Shown here: positions 19,517 through 32,900 of the stretch, one piece after another
Position numbering within the stretch: position 1 is the stretch's first letter
Layout: each line of letters opens with the position of its first letter
NCBI RefSeq assembly: GCF_001194135.2
Contig: NC_068982.1
Span: forward strand, 129,133,180-129,197,179
DNA: 64,000 bases
From: Octopus bimaculoides
Taxonomy: Eukaryota
Reading direction: 5' to 3'
Program-made: the position numbers and the translations under genes
The notes under the pieces: generated by a model
Told to the model about the DNA's origin: nothing
Database searches by the model: none
What the model saw: only the letters and a program-made list of their open reading frames with translations

Positions 19517-22120
19517 GAGCTTGGTAGGATTTGAACTCAGAACGCCATTGGCTGTGACAAACTAGCTTAAAGCATTTTGTTCGTAGATTAATCTATACTA
19601 GCAATGTATTGCCTTGTTTCGTTTTATTTAATTAGGAAACTTGGTAATCAATTATGAGAAGCATACTAAAACATATATAGTGATATCAGGTACCTGGCTA
19701 CCAGCTAACATTAGATGATCACCTAGGGGTATATTTTATTCCACTTGTATACAAGGCAAAACCAACTTATTATGACTGCTGTTATTGCTGTTAATATTGT
19801 TGTTGTTGTTGTTGTTGCAGCTGCAGGTGTTTTTGTGTGTGTGTTTTAGTTGGAAATACCAGTATTAACATTGGTGACTCAGTTAATAAAGATGTAGTAA
19901 TTATTAAAGACTTTCCTGCTCATAAATTAACCAACAAATACATTCTTTGTATAGCTCTGTGTTTAAATGGGTCATATTTTACGTCATAATTAAACACACG
20001 CACACATACACACGTACATACCCACGCGTGTACACTCAAACATACACACACACACACGCACACACACATACACTCACACACTCTCACACACACTCACGTA
20101 TAACACTTTCATTATTGAAACAAGATTTGGTTTCAAGCCTTTTCTTGCTTTGTCAGTTAATTTTTTAAAAGGTTTTTAAAAAAATCTATCGCCATGCTGA
20201 TTCAGATTCTTCGAGTAATTATTTCTGAACTATTTTCAATATTGATTTCTAACATAGGTACAAGGCCATGGACACCGTGTGTGGTATGAGAAGTATAGAC
20301 GATTACATAGTTGACCCCAATACTTCACTGATACTTCTTTTATTGATCTCGTTCATGTCGTCGGAGACGAACAGCCTTCACCCCATGCAATATATCGTAG
20401 GGCGGGTGAGGAACAAATTTGATTTTATGAAGAAAATCAACCTGCTAACTTCCTTTAGCTGGCTTTTCCCCTTCCTAATGGCTATGACAAATGAAATTGC
20501 GGAGCGGACTCGTCTGAAATGTTTGAACGTAGATATTTTCCGCAATACTCCCACAAGCAGATGTTGTCAGGTTGTATTTTAGTAGAAAGGATGAATGGAG
20601 AGGACTGTTAAATGTAGAAAACTGTACGAAGAGGTAGAAAATTTGAAGAAGTACGTTGCTGTTAGTTATTAGTGATGAAGTGCAATACCAAAGGATATCG
20701 AGATCAGAAGTAATTACAGTGAATAAAGAAGGGCATTTTGATAAGAGACAAGATACACCAGAAAGAATATAGGTAAAAACATCTCAACTGTATGTAGTGA
20801 GTATGATGAAAGAAAGTTGTTGGTGGCGCGACGAAACTGTACTGCACGCCCTCGTATAGTGTCCGAGTACGGCTGACTTGTGGTGTTATGCCGGTTCCTC
20901 TTTCTTGTAGCTATGGCGAAAGAGATTGTGTGGCGGAGGAAGCTGAAATGATCGAGAAAAGACAATTCCTCCATAGTCAAACCCCAATCGACATTTGTAA
21001 GTTCCACTTGCAAAGAAAAGTGAGAGTAAAAAGGAAAGTACTCTCTTCCACTGAATTTGTAAAAAGGTAGGTGATTGTGGCGAAAACGGTTAGGGTAAAC
21101 GAACCTACTCTAAGCATGCATTCGTTGATTGGAGAACAACAGTTGGGTGAGGGTTTGTGCCCTTGGTAGCCTGGGTGATCCTGGATTTGAGGAATTCCTT
21201 GATTGGCCCTAGTTAGAAGTTTTCTTGTATCAAGAGGATTACAACATAGATGTTCTCACATATTTTGTATACTTCTATCTCATTTCACTCTATTTTCCCT
21301 TTATTTCCCTAATATTTTACGTAAACCGCCATACAAATTGTAAAGTCATTGTAATATTCCCCTCAACTAATGCCCCTGTAGCAAATAGAATAAATTGTTA
21401 CACTTATTATTGCTGTTGTTTTGTTATTGAGGCTACGAGCTGGTAGAATCATTTGCATGCCGGACAAAATGCTTAGCGGCATTTCGCCGAGGTCGACTTG
21501 CCTTTCATCTTTTCGAGGTCGATAAAATAAGTACCAACGCTGAGGTTGATGTAATCAACTTATTCCCTTCCCTGAAAAATGCTAATTGTTAATTCTTACC
21601 TGTACTCACTTGATGAAAACTGGTATGATATCTGTATGATAGTATGATATCTGTAATAAGGAATATACGATGGCCCACTGGCAGAATCGTTAGCCATCAG
21701 ACAAAATGCATAGTGGCATTTCTTCCGGTTCTTTCTGAATTCAAATCCTGCCGAGATCAACTTTGTCTTTTATCTCTTCGGGGACGATAAAATAAAGTAC
21801 CAGCCAAGTACTGAGGCTGATTAATCCTTTTTTATCCACCCCACCACTAAAAATTTCTGGTTTTGATCTCTGCAACGGACCGGCGTCCCATTCAGTGGTG
21901 GATAGAGGAGGTATTGCGATCTCGGTTACTCAAATGCTATGGAAACTGGTTAACCGTCCTATGACTCGAGGAAAATAACAAAAAAGAGCAACAAAAAGCA
22001 AAACAAAAACTTTTAGCATTCGTTCAGCTCCTGTTGAATCTGCAGATACTGAAAATTCTAATCAATCATTTAGCGTTATTCTTCAAATAAAGCAATTTAG
22101 AAGAAAACTATATCATTTAA

Positions 22121-22794
22121 TCGCGAAGTATATTTGCCACCTATATGTGGCGGACCCATAGGAGATGATGCTACTGTTATTTATAGTCCTAGGGAGACAT
22201 CTCCTCCAGCTGGCTAACGACACACTGTCTGTGTCCGATTAGTATTTGCGAAGGGAAATCGTTATTCTCATCTCTAGCCTTACGTGATACACAAATACCC
22301 GGGTTTCTGGTAGTAACCCGTTATCAGTGTGTGATAATCACCAGCTAGCGATAAGAACTCAGTCCAAACGCAAAATACTTTATGCTTTTTCCAGTTTCCG
22401 TGCTGCTATTGTTTACTTCTCTCTCAGAGATTTATTATTGCTTGTTTCTCCTTTTTCGAGATCAGCGACAGTTTGTCACTGGAAAAAGCAAATAGTATTT
22501 TGCGTAGTTCTTATCGCTAGCTGGTGATTACCACACACTGATGACAGGTTACTACCCAGAAACCCGGGTCTGTGTATATCACGTAAGTCTAGAGATGGGA
22601 ACGATGATTTCCCTTCGCAAATACTAATCGGACACAGACTGTGTGTCGTTAGCCAACTGGAGGAGATGTCTTCCTGGGGCTATAAACAACAGTAGCACCG
22701 TCCCCTGTGGGTCCGCCACATTTAGATGACAAATATTCTTCACGATTCCGTGCTGCTACTGTCTACTTCTTACTCAGATATTTATTATTGCTTG
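22121..22794. mobile_element. Fold-back non-autonomous element with ~270-bp inverted arms, a duplicated 49-bp segment and a 10-bp flanking direct repeat
   Basis: Arms 22121-22395 and 22478-22745; TATCATTTAA at 22111-22120 and 22795-22804. Confidence 0.75.
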
Positions 22795-23603
22795 TATCAT
22801 TTAAGTTTGCAATAAAAAAAAAGTGGGGGCTTGAAATAAGCTCCAAAGTCATATTAGAAGAAAAGGAGTTTTATTTCAGGGCAGATGAAGACGAGATAAA
22901 TCAGTAAGTAGGTATGCATTAAATATAACGTGTATTTATTTATTTATTAACTTGTCTGAAGAAGCAAAGTACATGGAAATTATATAACATGGAGAAGATT
23001 GTCATCAACGTTATCATTATCAGATTCCTAAACAGAACCCCAAAGTAGGTGTGACTTAAATGATATGGCTATACTATCACAACGTTACTGATATACGTTG
23101 ATAGATGATACTTATCAAAATATTTCTCTAATCTTGTCATGGTAAATCTTCTTATGTTACAAAGAGGACGGGGTAGAATTTATGGAAAAGACGTTTGTAT
23201 AATTAGAAACCGAATGTAACACACTTTTAGCTATAAACCAACTAATGCATTTAGGTTGTCATAATTTAGTTTTCTCCTTTTAACAGAAGAAATACCTGTT
23301 GCTAAGACAAATAAAAGAAGTTAAGTTATTTTACTTGGTATTAGATATATCTTTATATATATTTAATGCATGCAATAAAAGTGGATTATATTATTTCAGT
23401 AAATTAAATTGGGGAATCTTTGCAATGTTATATAAATCTTCAATATGTTTCTTTTATAGAAAAAATATATATATAGTCAAGTAGTTAACGTGTTCAGCTC
23501 ATGATTTCAATTCCTGGACGAGACGGTGCATTGAGTCTTTGAGCCAGGCATCTCCATTTCATGTAGTTATGAGTACCTGCAGGGTGCTGGTGCAGCCATC
23601 ACT

Positions 23604-23900
23604 CAGAGGCGTAGCTAGGTTCTAAAATTAGTGGGGGGCAAGCACATAAAAATAAAAAAGGGCCGTGACACATACCAAACAATTTTGAACTCATTTCTCG
23701 TATAGTACACAAAATATTTCATTACTCATAATATTCTGCATTCATTAATTTTCATGTTTCAGTAACAATTCTATTAAGTATGCAACTTAAAATACTGACA
23801 TTGGTAACTAATGAGTTTTTGTTTTTTTAATTGTTGAAAAGACGCCAGTTTTGAAAACACTGCGACTGCACCCCCTGCTCCCCTATTAGCTCCGTCACTA
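23604..23900. mobile_element. hAT-like MITE nested in a SINE
   Basis: Imperfect TIR CAGAGGCGTAGCTA / TAGCTCCGTCACTA; 8-bp TSD ccatcact / ccctcact (one mismatch). Confidence 0.6.
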
Positions 23901-24265
23901 CCCTCACTACATCTAGCTGTCACATACCGAGAAGGTATCTGTTTATGCCCGCAGCAACATAGGCACCTAAAACAACTAACGAAAACATTGTTACCCAGTC
24001 ATACTCACTCGCGAGTGATGGCTGGCAGTATTCTGTATTTTACTCGTATATTACTGAGTGAATTTGTACAAAATGTGTTAGACTTTTATGTTCTTTATTG
24101 GAGAACCTATGTCGTTTCCTAAACCGATAGACAAATGACTAAGATCACATGAGGAAATCAGGGAAAGAATTCAAGAAGAGAAATAGGTTCTACCCTCCCA
24201 TTCAAATATGTTTGTTTTTTTTCAATGAATGAATGCTTGTTTATATACATGTATAACTTTGACTT

Positions 24266-24628
24266 GGAGGCGCAATGGCCCAATGGTTAGGGTAGTAGAC
24301 TCGCGGTCATAGGATCGCGGTTTCGATTCCCAGACCTGGCGTTGTGAGTGTTTATTGAACGAAAACACCTAAAGCTCCACGAGGCTCCGGCAGGGGGTGG
24401 TGGCGAACCCTGCTGTACTCTTTCACAATAACTTTCTCTCACTCTTTCTTCCTGTATTTCAAAGGGCCAGCCTTGTCACACTGTGTCACGCTGAATCTCC
24501 CCGAGATCTACGTTAAGGGTACATGTGTCTGTGGAGAGTTCAGCCACTTGCACGTTAATTTCACGAGCAAGCCGTTCCGTTGATCGGATCAACTGGAATC
24601 CTCGTCGTCGTAACCGACGGAGTACCAC
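24266..24628 (+). mobile_element. tRNA-derived SINE family B
   Basis: ggaggcgcaatggccc...ggtttcgattccc head; highly similar to the 45276, 55448 and 56667 copies. Confidence 0.9.
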
Positions 24629-25341
24629 GATAACTATGCTAGATAATCGTTTCATGGTTCAAAGAAGAGTTGATCTTTGTCTTTTCATCATCATCATCAT
24701 CATCGCCGCCGTCGTCGTCGTTTGTATGCCTCTTTTCATGCTTACGATTCAGTTTCATTTAATTTAATTTGAATTCTCTCCTTCACCCAATCATTCACAC
24801 TTAGCGTTTTCAATCTCCAAAATACACGCTGGCTATCAAGTGCTGGTAGGGATCTACTAAAAGCAATGGAACAAGTTCAAGTCACACTATAGTTATTGTG
24901 TCATGCCCCAGATCAAGGTACATAGCCAACATTGTTCTACTTTCTAAGTGGTTAAAAACCGGTTTCTCTCCTATTTCGCCATTGAATGGCTAGCAGTAGG
25001 AAAAGCATCCGGCCGTAAAAACATCTGATTCAATCAACCCAGGTGTGAAAGCTTGTAAAAATGTGATATTAATAAACAATGATAACCAAATTATGATGGA
25101 AAACTTCGCAAATTATTTTAATTAATCATTTAATCGAATTATATTATTAATATGCAGGCACAGTCATGGTTGTGTGGTCAAGAAGCTCGCTTTGCAGTAT
25201 CGTGGTTTTGAGTTCTGTTCCACCCTGCGGCATGTTGGGTAGGTGCCTTCTACGATAGTCCCAGACTGAAAAGCGCATAATGTGTGAATTTGATTGACGG
25301 AAATTGTGTGGAAGATAGTTGTGTGTGTGTGTGTGTGTGTG

Positions 25342-25560
25342 CAGTAATTCCTCGACTATCGCGGGTGTTATGTTCCAAAGTCCCCCGCGATGGGCGAAAA
25401 TCGGTGAAGTAGAAACAGTACTGAAATGTATATATTTTTTAATTTTTATAATTTGTATATATTTATTTTGTTATAAATGCAAAACAACACCACGGAGGAA
25501 TCGACGTAAGCTGAAATAATAAAGCGCGATAGGTGATGAACCGCCGATATGGCGAGGGAT

Positions 25561-25565
<5 letters not shown>
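25342..25565. mobile_element. Tigger/pogo-like MITE
   Basis: Termini cagtaattcctcgactatcgcgg and ccgccgatatggcgagggatta resemble CAGT..CCTCG-type TIRs. Confidence 0.6.
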
Positions 25566-25594
<29 letters not shown>

Positions 25595-25670
25595 NNNNNN
25601 NNNNNNNNNNNNNNNNNNNNNNNNNNNNNNNNNNNNNNNNNNNNNNNNNNNNNNNNNNNNNNNNNNNNNG

Positions 25671-25722
<52 letters not shown>

Positions 25723-25737
25723 AGACAATTTTTAGAT

Positions 25738-26209
25738 CCTAGTAAACGTAAATGTATTATTACAACGCCGAATACTGCGGCATTCGCCTTGAGAGATCTT
25801 CTCATGTAGCCATACGGTGCTAAGAGTACAGACTATACGTCATAGCAAAGGAAAACCGTGTGGTATGAGGGCCGGGACTGTCAGATTATGTGGTTTCGGT
25901 GTACTGCGCAATTAAATATCTTTTAATAAGCCTGCTGGCTATTTGTGACATCAGTGACTGAAAAGTCACCGTTATTCTATTTATCATGGGCAGTTAGATT
26001 TAGCCGGTGTGCGGGGTTTGATGCCAGCTAATGAGGAAGCGCAGTACGCTGAAATCATGTGATCTGGCAGATCCGGTGGTCATACTAGACGGTTCTCGTC
26101 TGCTACGATATATATCTGTGCTCTTAGCCCCACACTTCTATATGACAGGACCTCTCAAGGCGAATGCCACGGTATCCAGCGTTCTGATAATGCATTCATG
26201 TTTTATTGG
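25738..26209. mobile_element. Old fold-back MITE with ~170-bp diverged arms
   Basis: gcattcgccttgagag and ctctcaaggcgaatgc, gctaagag/ctcttagc and gtactgcgc/gcgcagtac all pair in register. Confidence 0.7.
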
Positions 26210-27405
26210 AGATTGCCATTCGGTATTTAATACTCCTTCTGTCGCTAATATTTGTGGTATGTGTGTGTTTGTGCATTTGTTTTTGTCCTCCCACCACTTG
26301 ACAACCGGTGCTGGTTTGTTATCGTCCACGCAACTTAGCATTTCATCAAAAACGATCAATAGAATAAACACCAGACTTAATAAAGTAAGTAGTGGGGGTC
26401 GATTTTTTTCGACTAAACCTTTCAAGGCGGTGCCCCAGCATGACCGCATAAAACATGAAAGATAAAAGTGAAAGATAAAAGATATTTTTTGTCAATTACA
26501 CTTTCTTCCTCAATATAATTTATGCTAATGTAATGGTGGTAGTGATGGGGGTGGTATGGTAGTGCAGTGGGAGTGAATATGTCATAATTCTTTTTTGTCT
26601 TCTTTCGTTGACATCTTTTATTTCTTATAGAATAAGTAATTATTATATTTATCATGCTTGAAATAGCTTCTCCATTCATTACTAGTTTGCAGAATGCTAA
26701 TATATAGGAATGTACCACCGTTAATGTTTCTAAGTGACTGCCTGCATACATATCTTTATCCTTTCATCCGCTTGAAAAGCAACAGTCAAGATAGTGTTAA
26801 CGTTTTTAATGTAATGAGCGTCTAATACCTAATTATAAATAATTATTTGGTTCGGTGAATAAAAGACATCAGTTGAGTGGTTGATATTATTTTAATAATT
26901 TTAGCAAGTATAGGAAACATCTCTGGACATGTTTCAGATATAACAGACCGCCTCGTGGAAGCACAGTCTTTTCTTCATTGGACATAATTATTGTAATATT
27001 AGTAATTGAGCTAACGTCACCTTTTCTTCCTTTGAATTAGCTTTCTTTACGCTTACTGCATAAAATATATTTAAAAATTAACTCAACTGATGAGGTTTGA
27101 TAAGCTCGAAATGTAAATGAAATTGCCTCCCATATTTGCCACAACGATTAAAACATATTTATCACTCACTACAATAAATACTAACACTAACTTGATTATT
27201 GTTTTTTTTTATGCAGATGGAGCCTCTGAATAATTAACCTTAGTGGGTTATCATATATAATACGTGTGTCTGCGTAAATGATATGGTATTTTCAAAAATT
27301 ATCCCCAAATAAACTTATGGTTATCATTGATCATATGAAGAACAGCCATGTCTTATGTATGTGTGTATGTATGTATGTATGTATGGATGGATGGATGGAT
27401 GGATG

Positions 27406-27452
<47 letters not shown>

Positions 27453-29318
27453 CTTGAGGCTGATGAAATAAACAGCAACGACACAATGGCGGAGCTGTTA
27501 GTGTTGGATCAAATACCTTACGGTATTTGTTCCGATTCTGTACTCAAATCCCACAAAGGTCAGTTTTGTCTGTCATCCTGTTGAGGTCAGTAAAAACGTG
27601 CCAAACGAAGGCAATGAATTTATGGACTTATAAGAATGACGGACTAAATGTTTGGTGGTATTTCTCCTGGCTCTTTAAATTTTGAGTTTGAATCCCGCCA
27701 TGGCCTCCTTGGAGTGTTGACTTAATCCATTGCCTGGTTTAAAGTGTACCAACTGGTCCTTGGGTACTTCTAGCAGAGTACACTCTGTAACAACCATTCT
27801 GACCAGGTCGTTGGTCTGAGGATGCCTTTTTTTCTTCCTTCCCTCTCACCAACTTTGCAGGCCCTGCAGAGTCCATACGCGTCAGTAGCGAAGCCGGTGG
27901 CGTAAGGCGGCGAGGGACGGTCCCTCATCTCTAAGGCGACTTTTTTATGGAGTGGCGGAGACAAACTCGAAGATTTCCCCGGGTGACACACACTCTAACT
28001 ACTCCACTGATGAACACTGCCTTTCTTCTGGCTGGAAGATCGAAAAAATCTATCTAAGAGTGAAATGCTGTTTATTCCAACAGCGACAAATGGAATTTAT
28101 CTTACATCCAGCAGATATAAATTCTTTCCTGTTGATTTCTGCTGCAGATCAGAAAGAAGTGTGTGGCTCTAATCCTTGATTAATTCAACAGCATGTTACC
28201 CTTAAACACACCTTGACAGAGTTCTAATCCTAATACAAACTTCCAGAACGATATATACATCTTCCGACTACAGCTAGTTAAAAATACATAGCAGATTTAC
28301 TCCATGCTTTTTTTTATTCGTTATTTTATTTATTTTTTCTCTTACACAAGATTTCGTGAGCTGGGGAAAAAACGTGTTTATGTAAGATTTAAGTAACGTG
28401 AACGTAGTCCGATAGAGTTATTTATTCTGTGTGACTCGGTAAATAGCACATTCCAGGTAGCTAGCTATAGATATTACACACTCTCTCTCTCTCCGTTTCC
28501 TATCGCTCTCGTTCCATATGTCTGCCTATCTTCTTGTTTCTATCTCTTCTCTTAGATATCAGTACACGTGAGACGCATTATTATCTTCAGCACAGCTTGA
28601 TAATAGCTATAACTGAACGACGCAGCAGAACTATGTGTGCGGCGCGCGCGCCTATGTGCGTTTGCATGTATGTATGTGAACGACAGCTGATGAAGTTATT
28701 AAGAACTATAAAAACTCGTATATATCAAGCTGTATTTTTTTGTCTGCCGGTGGCATATAGTGTTAATTGTATTCTATTGTATTATGATATTATTATAGAT
28801 GGAGTCGTTATTTTAGGGTATACTAATTTCCAAGCATATTTTGAAATCAATCCTTTTGATTTTCAGCTATCAAAGGAAGATACTATCGACCAAAGAATGG
28901 ATACGTTCTAATAATGTGTAGCACTCTAGTAATTTAATAATGCTTATAATAATGATAATGATGATGATGAGGATGATTATAGTGGGAAGAAGAGTTTATT
29001 TGAATCACAGATTTGAGCTCGAAATACAGCGCTCTATTCAATGCTTTGACTTCTTCATAAACTCGTAACTCAATATATATACAAATAACACAAAACCAGG
29101 AATAATAGTTTTATTTCTAAATAAACACGACAAATTAATCATTATCGAAAACAATTCTTCTCGATAACACATGTATACCTCTTTCTAAAACAGTAAAATA
29201 TTTTAATGTTATATTGGACAAACACATGACTTTCAAGTTGGAAACGGTTTCGTTTTACTGTTTAGATAAGAGAAATAGTCGAATGATTTGGTACAGCTGC
29301 GTAGAAAAAGGAGAGAGG

Positions 29319-29440
<122 letters not shown>

Positions 29441-29945
29441 ACGACTATAGTGTTGAAATATTTATATTGCGCAACTACTACGCTTTTTGCTTTATATCCA
29501 AGAGCAATTGCCGAATTGTAAAATTGCGCAAGATGTTAAAAATATACTATTTCAAATTTAGAAAGAAAAAGAAAATCCAAGTCAGTGAGCAAGAAGGTGG
29601 TTTATTTATTTATTTATTTATTTTCTTTTTAATCTCAAGAAAGTTTAAGATTTCCGAATAGCTAGTCGTATTTTGGCCCAAAGTTTCTTTGATGGTTACA
29701 TATGGTAATGACTCTGAATCAGTATTTTTTTCTTTTTCTTTTTATGAGTAAATTGATAAACTGTCAATCCAATAAACCTTAGACGTAGGTCTATCGTAAG
29801 CTTAAGGAGTCATAAGGCCAGAGCATAACTGAGACTACAACACTACCCTCTCAACGGGACGCCGGTCTGTCACAAGGTCAACTTCACAGTATTACTGGAC
29901 ATGATATTTGGTGTTGGCTATTTGCATTGAAAAATGTTAATAATA

Positions 29946-30352
29946 GGCGTAGGAGTGGCTGTGTGAAATAGCTTGCTTACGAACCACATGGTTCCTGGTT
30001 CAGTCCCACTGCGTGGCCCCTTGGGCAAGTGTCTTCTACTATAGCCTCGGGCCGACCAAAGCCTTGTGAGTGGATTTAGTAGACGGAAACTGAAAGAAGC
30101 CCGTCGTATGTATGTATGTGTGTGTGTGTATGTGCGTGTGTATGTGCGTGTGTCTGTGTTTGTCCCCCCACCCCAAAATTACTTGACAACCGATGCTGGT
30201 GTGTCTAGGTACCCATAACTTAGCGGTTCGGCAAACGAAACCGATAGAATAAGTACTACTCTTACAAAGAATAAGTCCTGGGGTCGATTAACTCGACTAA
30301 AGGCGGTGCTCCAGCATGGCCACAGTCAAATGACTGAAACAAGTAAAAGAAT
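29946..30352 (+). mobile_element. SINE family A, CpG-retaining full-length copy
   Basis: ggcgtaggagtggctgtg...ttgggcaagtg...gcctcgggccgacc...gactgaaacaagtaaaaga. Confidence 0.9.
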
Positions 30353-31229
30353 AATACAAATGCCGACTTGGAGGAGAGAAAAGCTGCCGTGTCCGTAGAA
30401 GGCTGTCTATGGGACATCGTGTGAATGTTCACAATGGATCTGTTCGAGAACCCGAACGTCTGCGTTAAAGTCCGAAGCTGTCTGCTCAAATGCTGGAGGT
30501 CGACTGCACGGCAAGAGGTGGGGTATGTGAATCAGTCAGCCGCTCTCGACATTCTGCCTTGAGTTAAGCGCCAAACTGTTTTTATGAAGTGACAAGGGTT
30601 AAATTTTAAGCCATATCACACCACAACTTCACGGTGATCGGTCGATTTATACATCAATCACGTGAAACTGTGGTGGCTCACTCGTGGTGCCTAGCTGACT
30701 ATCAAGCGGTTAGGATTCGAATCTCTGCTACATCAGCTATCACTGGAACTGGTTTTCAGCTGAGTGAACTGGAATAACTTGAAGTGAATTGTTTTGTGCT
30801 CAAGAACACAATGCCCACTTCGTTCAGGAATTGAAACCACGGTTTAATGATCATGAGTGAAATACTCTAACCACTAGACCACGCACTTCTAGCAACCAAA
30901 TAAAAAGGAAAATAAAGTTAATATTATTGTATATCTGTTGAAATATTCGAATAAAATATTAATAAAATGGTTGGTTATTTTTTCTGTTTCTCATGTCAGA
31001 AGAAATAATTTTGAATACGTTGTCGTCAATTTCAATATGGTATCCATAATGTTTTATTGAAATTCTTTCATTGGACTACGGCCATGCTGGAGCACCGCTC
31101 TGTAGAACAATTTGAAGAAATCGACCGCTGGTACTTATTTTAAGTATGGTACTCATTCTATCGGGGGTTTTCTGAAATGGTAAGATTTGCGGATTGTAAA
31201 TAAACTAACACATGTCAAGCGGAACTGAA

Positions 31230-31260
<31 letters not shown>

Positions 31261-31679
31261 TACACGCACACACACACACACGCACGCACACACACACACA
31301 CACACATACACACACGCGACAGTCTGTAACGCACCTTAGGCCATGCAGTGGGACTGAACCTGAAACCACATGGCTGCAAAGGGAATTTCTTAGCCACACA
31401 CCCATATGTGCGCACCTGTGTATATGTGTGTGTGTGTGTGTGTATGTGTGTGTGTGTGTGTGTGTGTGCGTGTATGTGTGTGTACGTATGTATGTGTGCA
31501 TGCGTCTTTGTGTGCGTGCGTCTTTGTGTGTGTGTGTATGTGTGCGTGTGTGTGTGTGTGTGCGTGTATGTATGTATGTATGTATGTATGTGTGTACGTA
31601 AGTATAAACTTCTGTATAAACTTCTGTAATCGTTCTTGGATTGGCAAGCAGCGCGGAGTAGTTACGCAATACGTTTCAG

Positions 31680-31837
31680 CAGTAGCAGCAACGGTAGTAG
31701 TAGCAGCAGCAGCAAATCTACCACCACCACCACCACCACCACCATTATCATCATCACCACGATCATTATTGTTGTCGTCATCACCACCACCACCAGCATT
31801 AACAGCGCCGCCATCACCATTGTAGCTATCGTCGGCG

Positions 31838-31869
<32 letters not shown>

Positions 31870-32165
31870 GTCAATCTCATCATCATCACCATCACCACTA
31901 TCACCACCACCACCACCACCACAAGCGCTGCCATCACCATCATCGTTATCGTTGTCGTCGTCAACACTACCACCACCACCACCATTATTATCACCACCAG
32001 CATCACCACCACCACCACCACCACTACCATCATTATCATCGTCGTCATCTTCATCATCATCACCACCACTACCACCACCATCATCATCGTCGTCATCATC
32101 ATCATCATCATCATCATCATCACCACTACCACCACCATCCCCTTCCTCCTCCTCTTCATTATCAT
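31680..32165. repeat. Mosaic trinucleotide low-complexity tract (AGC/ACC/ATC/GTC)
   Basis: Read directly; it accounts for the poly-T/I/V/M/P/S ORFs. Confidence 0.9.
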
Positions 32166-32434
32166 CAGCTATACTGAATCATTCGATTGTATTCTAGTAA
32201 AACCCAAACAGAAACCATCTCTTGATTTTCCACACACCAGTTAATTAGTTAACCAATTCGTTACAAATATATTTTACGTATTAATTACATATATTTTGGA
32301 AGAATGCTCTATTATACAAATTACATTTTAAAATCAACTCATGTTCCTGTCTCCAGTAACATAATATTAATTTTTTTTATATATACATGTCTTTACTAAT
32401 ATGAGAAAGTAATTCGTTCCGGTCTGTATACGTG

Positions 32435-32900
32435 CGCCATGTTGTCTGATTACTTTGGATGGTTTTGTCGCATGCTAGATGCGGAGCGCTTACTAGGCTC
32501 CCTTCTTATATGGTCATGAATGTTAGGTTATGATCGAAAGAATATGATCGCGAATACAAACGGCCGAAAGGGAGTTCCTCTGAAGTATCCCTGGAGCGAC
32601 GTTAGTCGACCGGGGCGTAACTCGGAGATCAGGGAGTCTCTCCAGGTCGTGCCACTATTTCTCCGCGTTGAGAGATCACAGCTCCATTACTACAGACATG
32701 TGATTAGAATGTTGTAGAAAGGAATTATAAGACGTTTTCTTCAAGCTGAGCCAACCGACAGGAATTCTAAGAGTGGACTTAGGATGGGTTGGTTGGATTA
32801 TATCCAAAGTCTCAATTAGCCCCGCTTGGAAATCCCGCTGGAAAGTGTAGTGATGGATGCTTTTTATAAGACCCATTGAAGGCGGTGCCTGAGGATTCTA
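32435..32900 (+). mobile_element. RTE-clade LINE 3' RT fragment
   Basis: LLYGHEC-like and RNSEIRESLQVVPLFLRVERSQL..Y.HVIRM motifs, interrupted by stops. Confidence 0.75.

Noticed and set aside
21000-21210. Minus-strand QGIPQ as an RT motif
   Set aside because: A single short match without flanking RT motifs that I can verify.
24266-24340. tRNA-like heads (also 55448, 56667, 29946) as tRNA genes
   Set aside because: A and B boxes are present but I see no complete cloverleaf, and they continue into repeated SINE bodies with TSDs.
27883-28009. Possible small hAT MITE (cagtagcgaagc / actactccactg)
   Set aside because: The TIR match is poor and the flanking 8-mers do not match.
31636-32244. 202-aa ORF and overlapping ORFs as a mucin or membrane protein
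   Set aside because: Pure trinucleotide mosaic open in several frames on both strands, with no splice or domain support.
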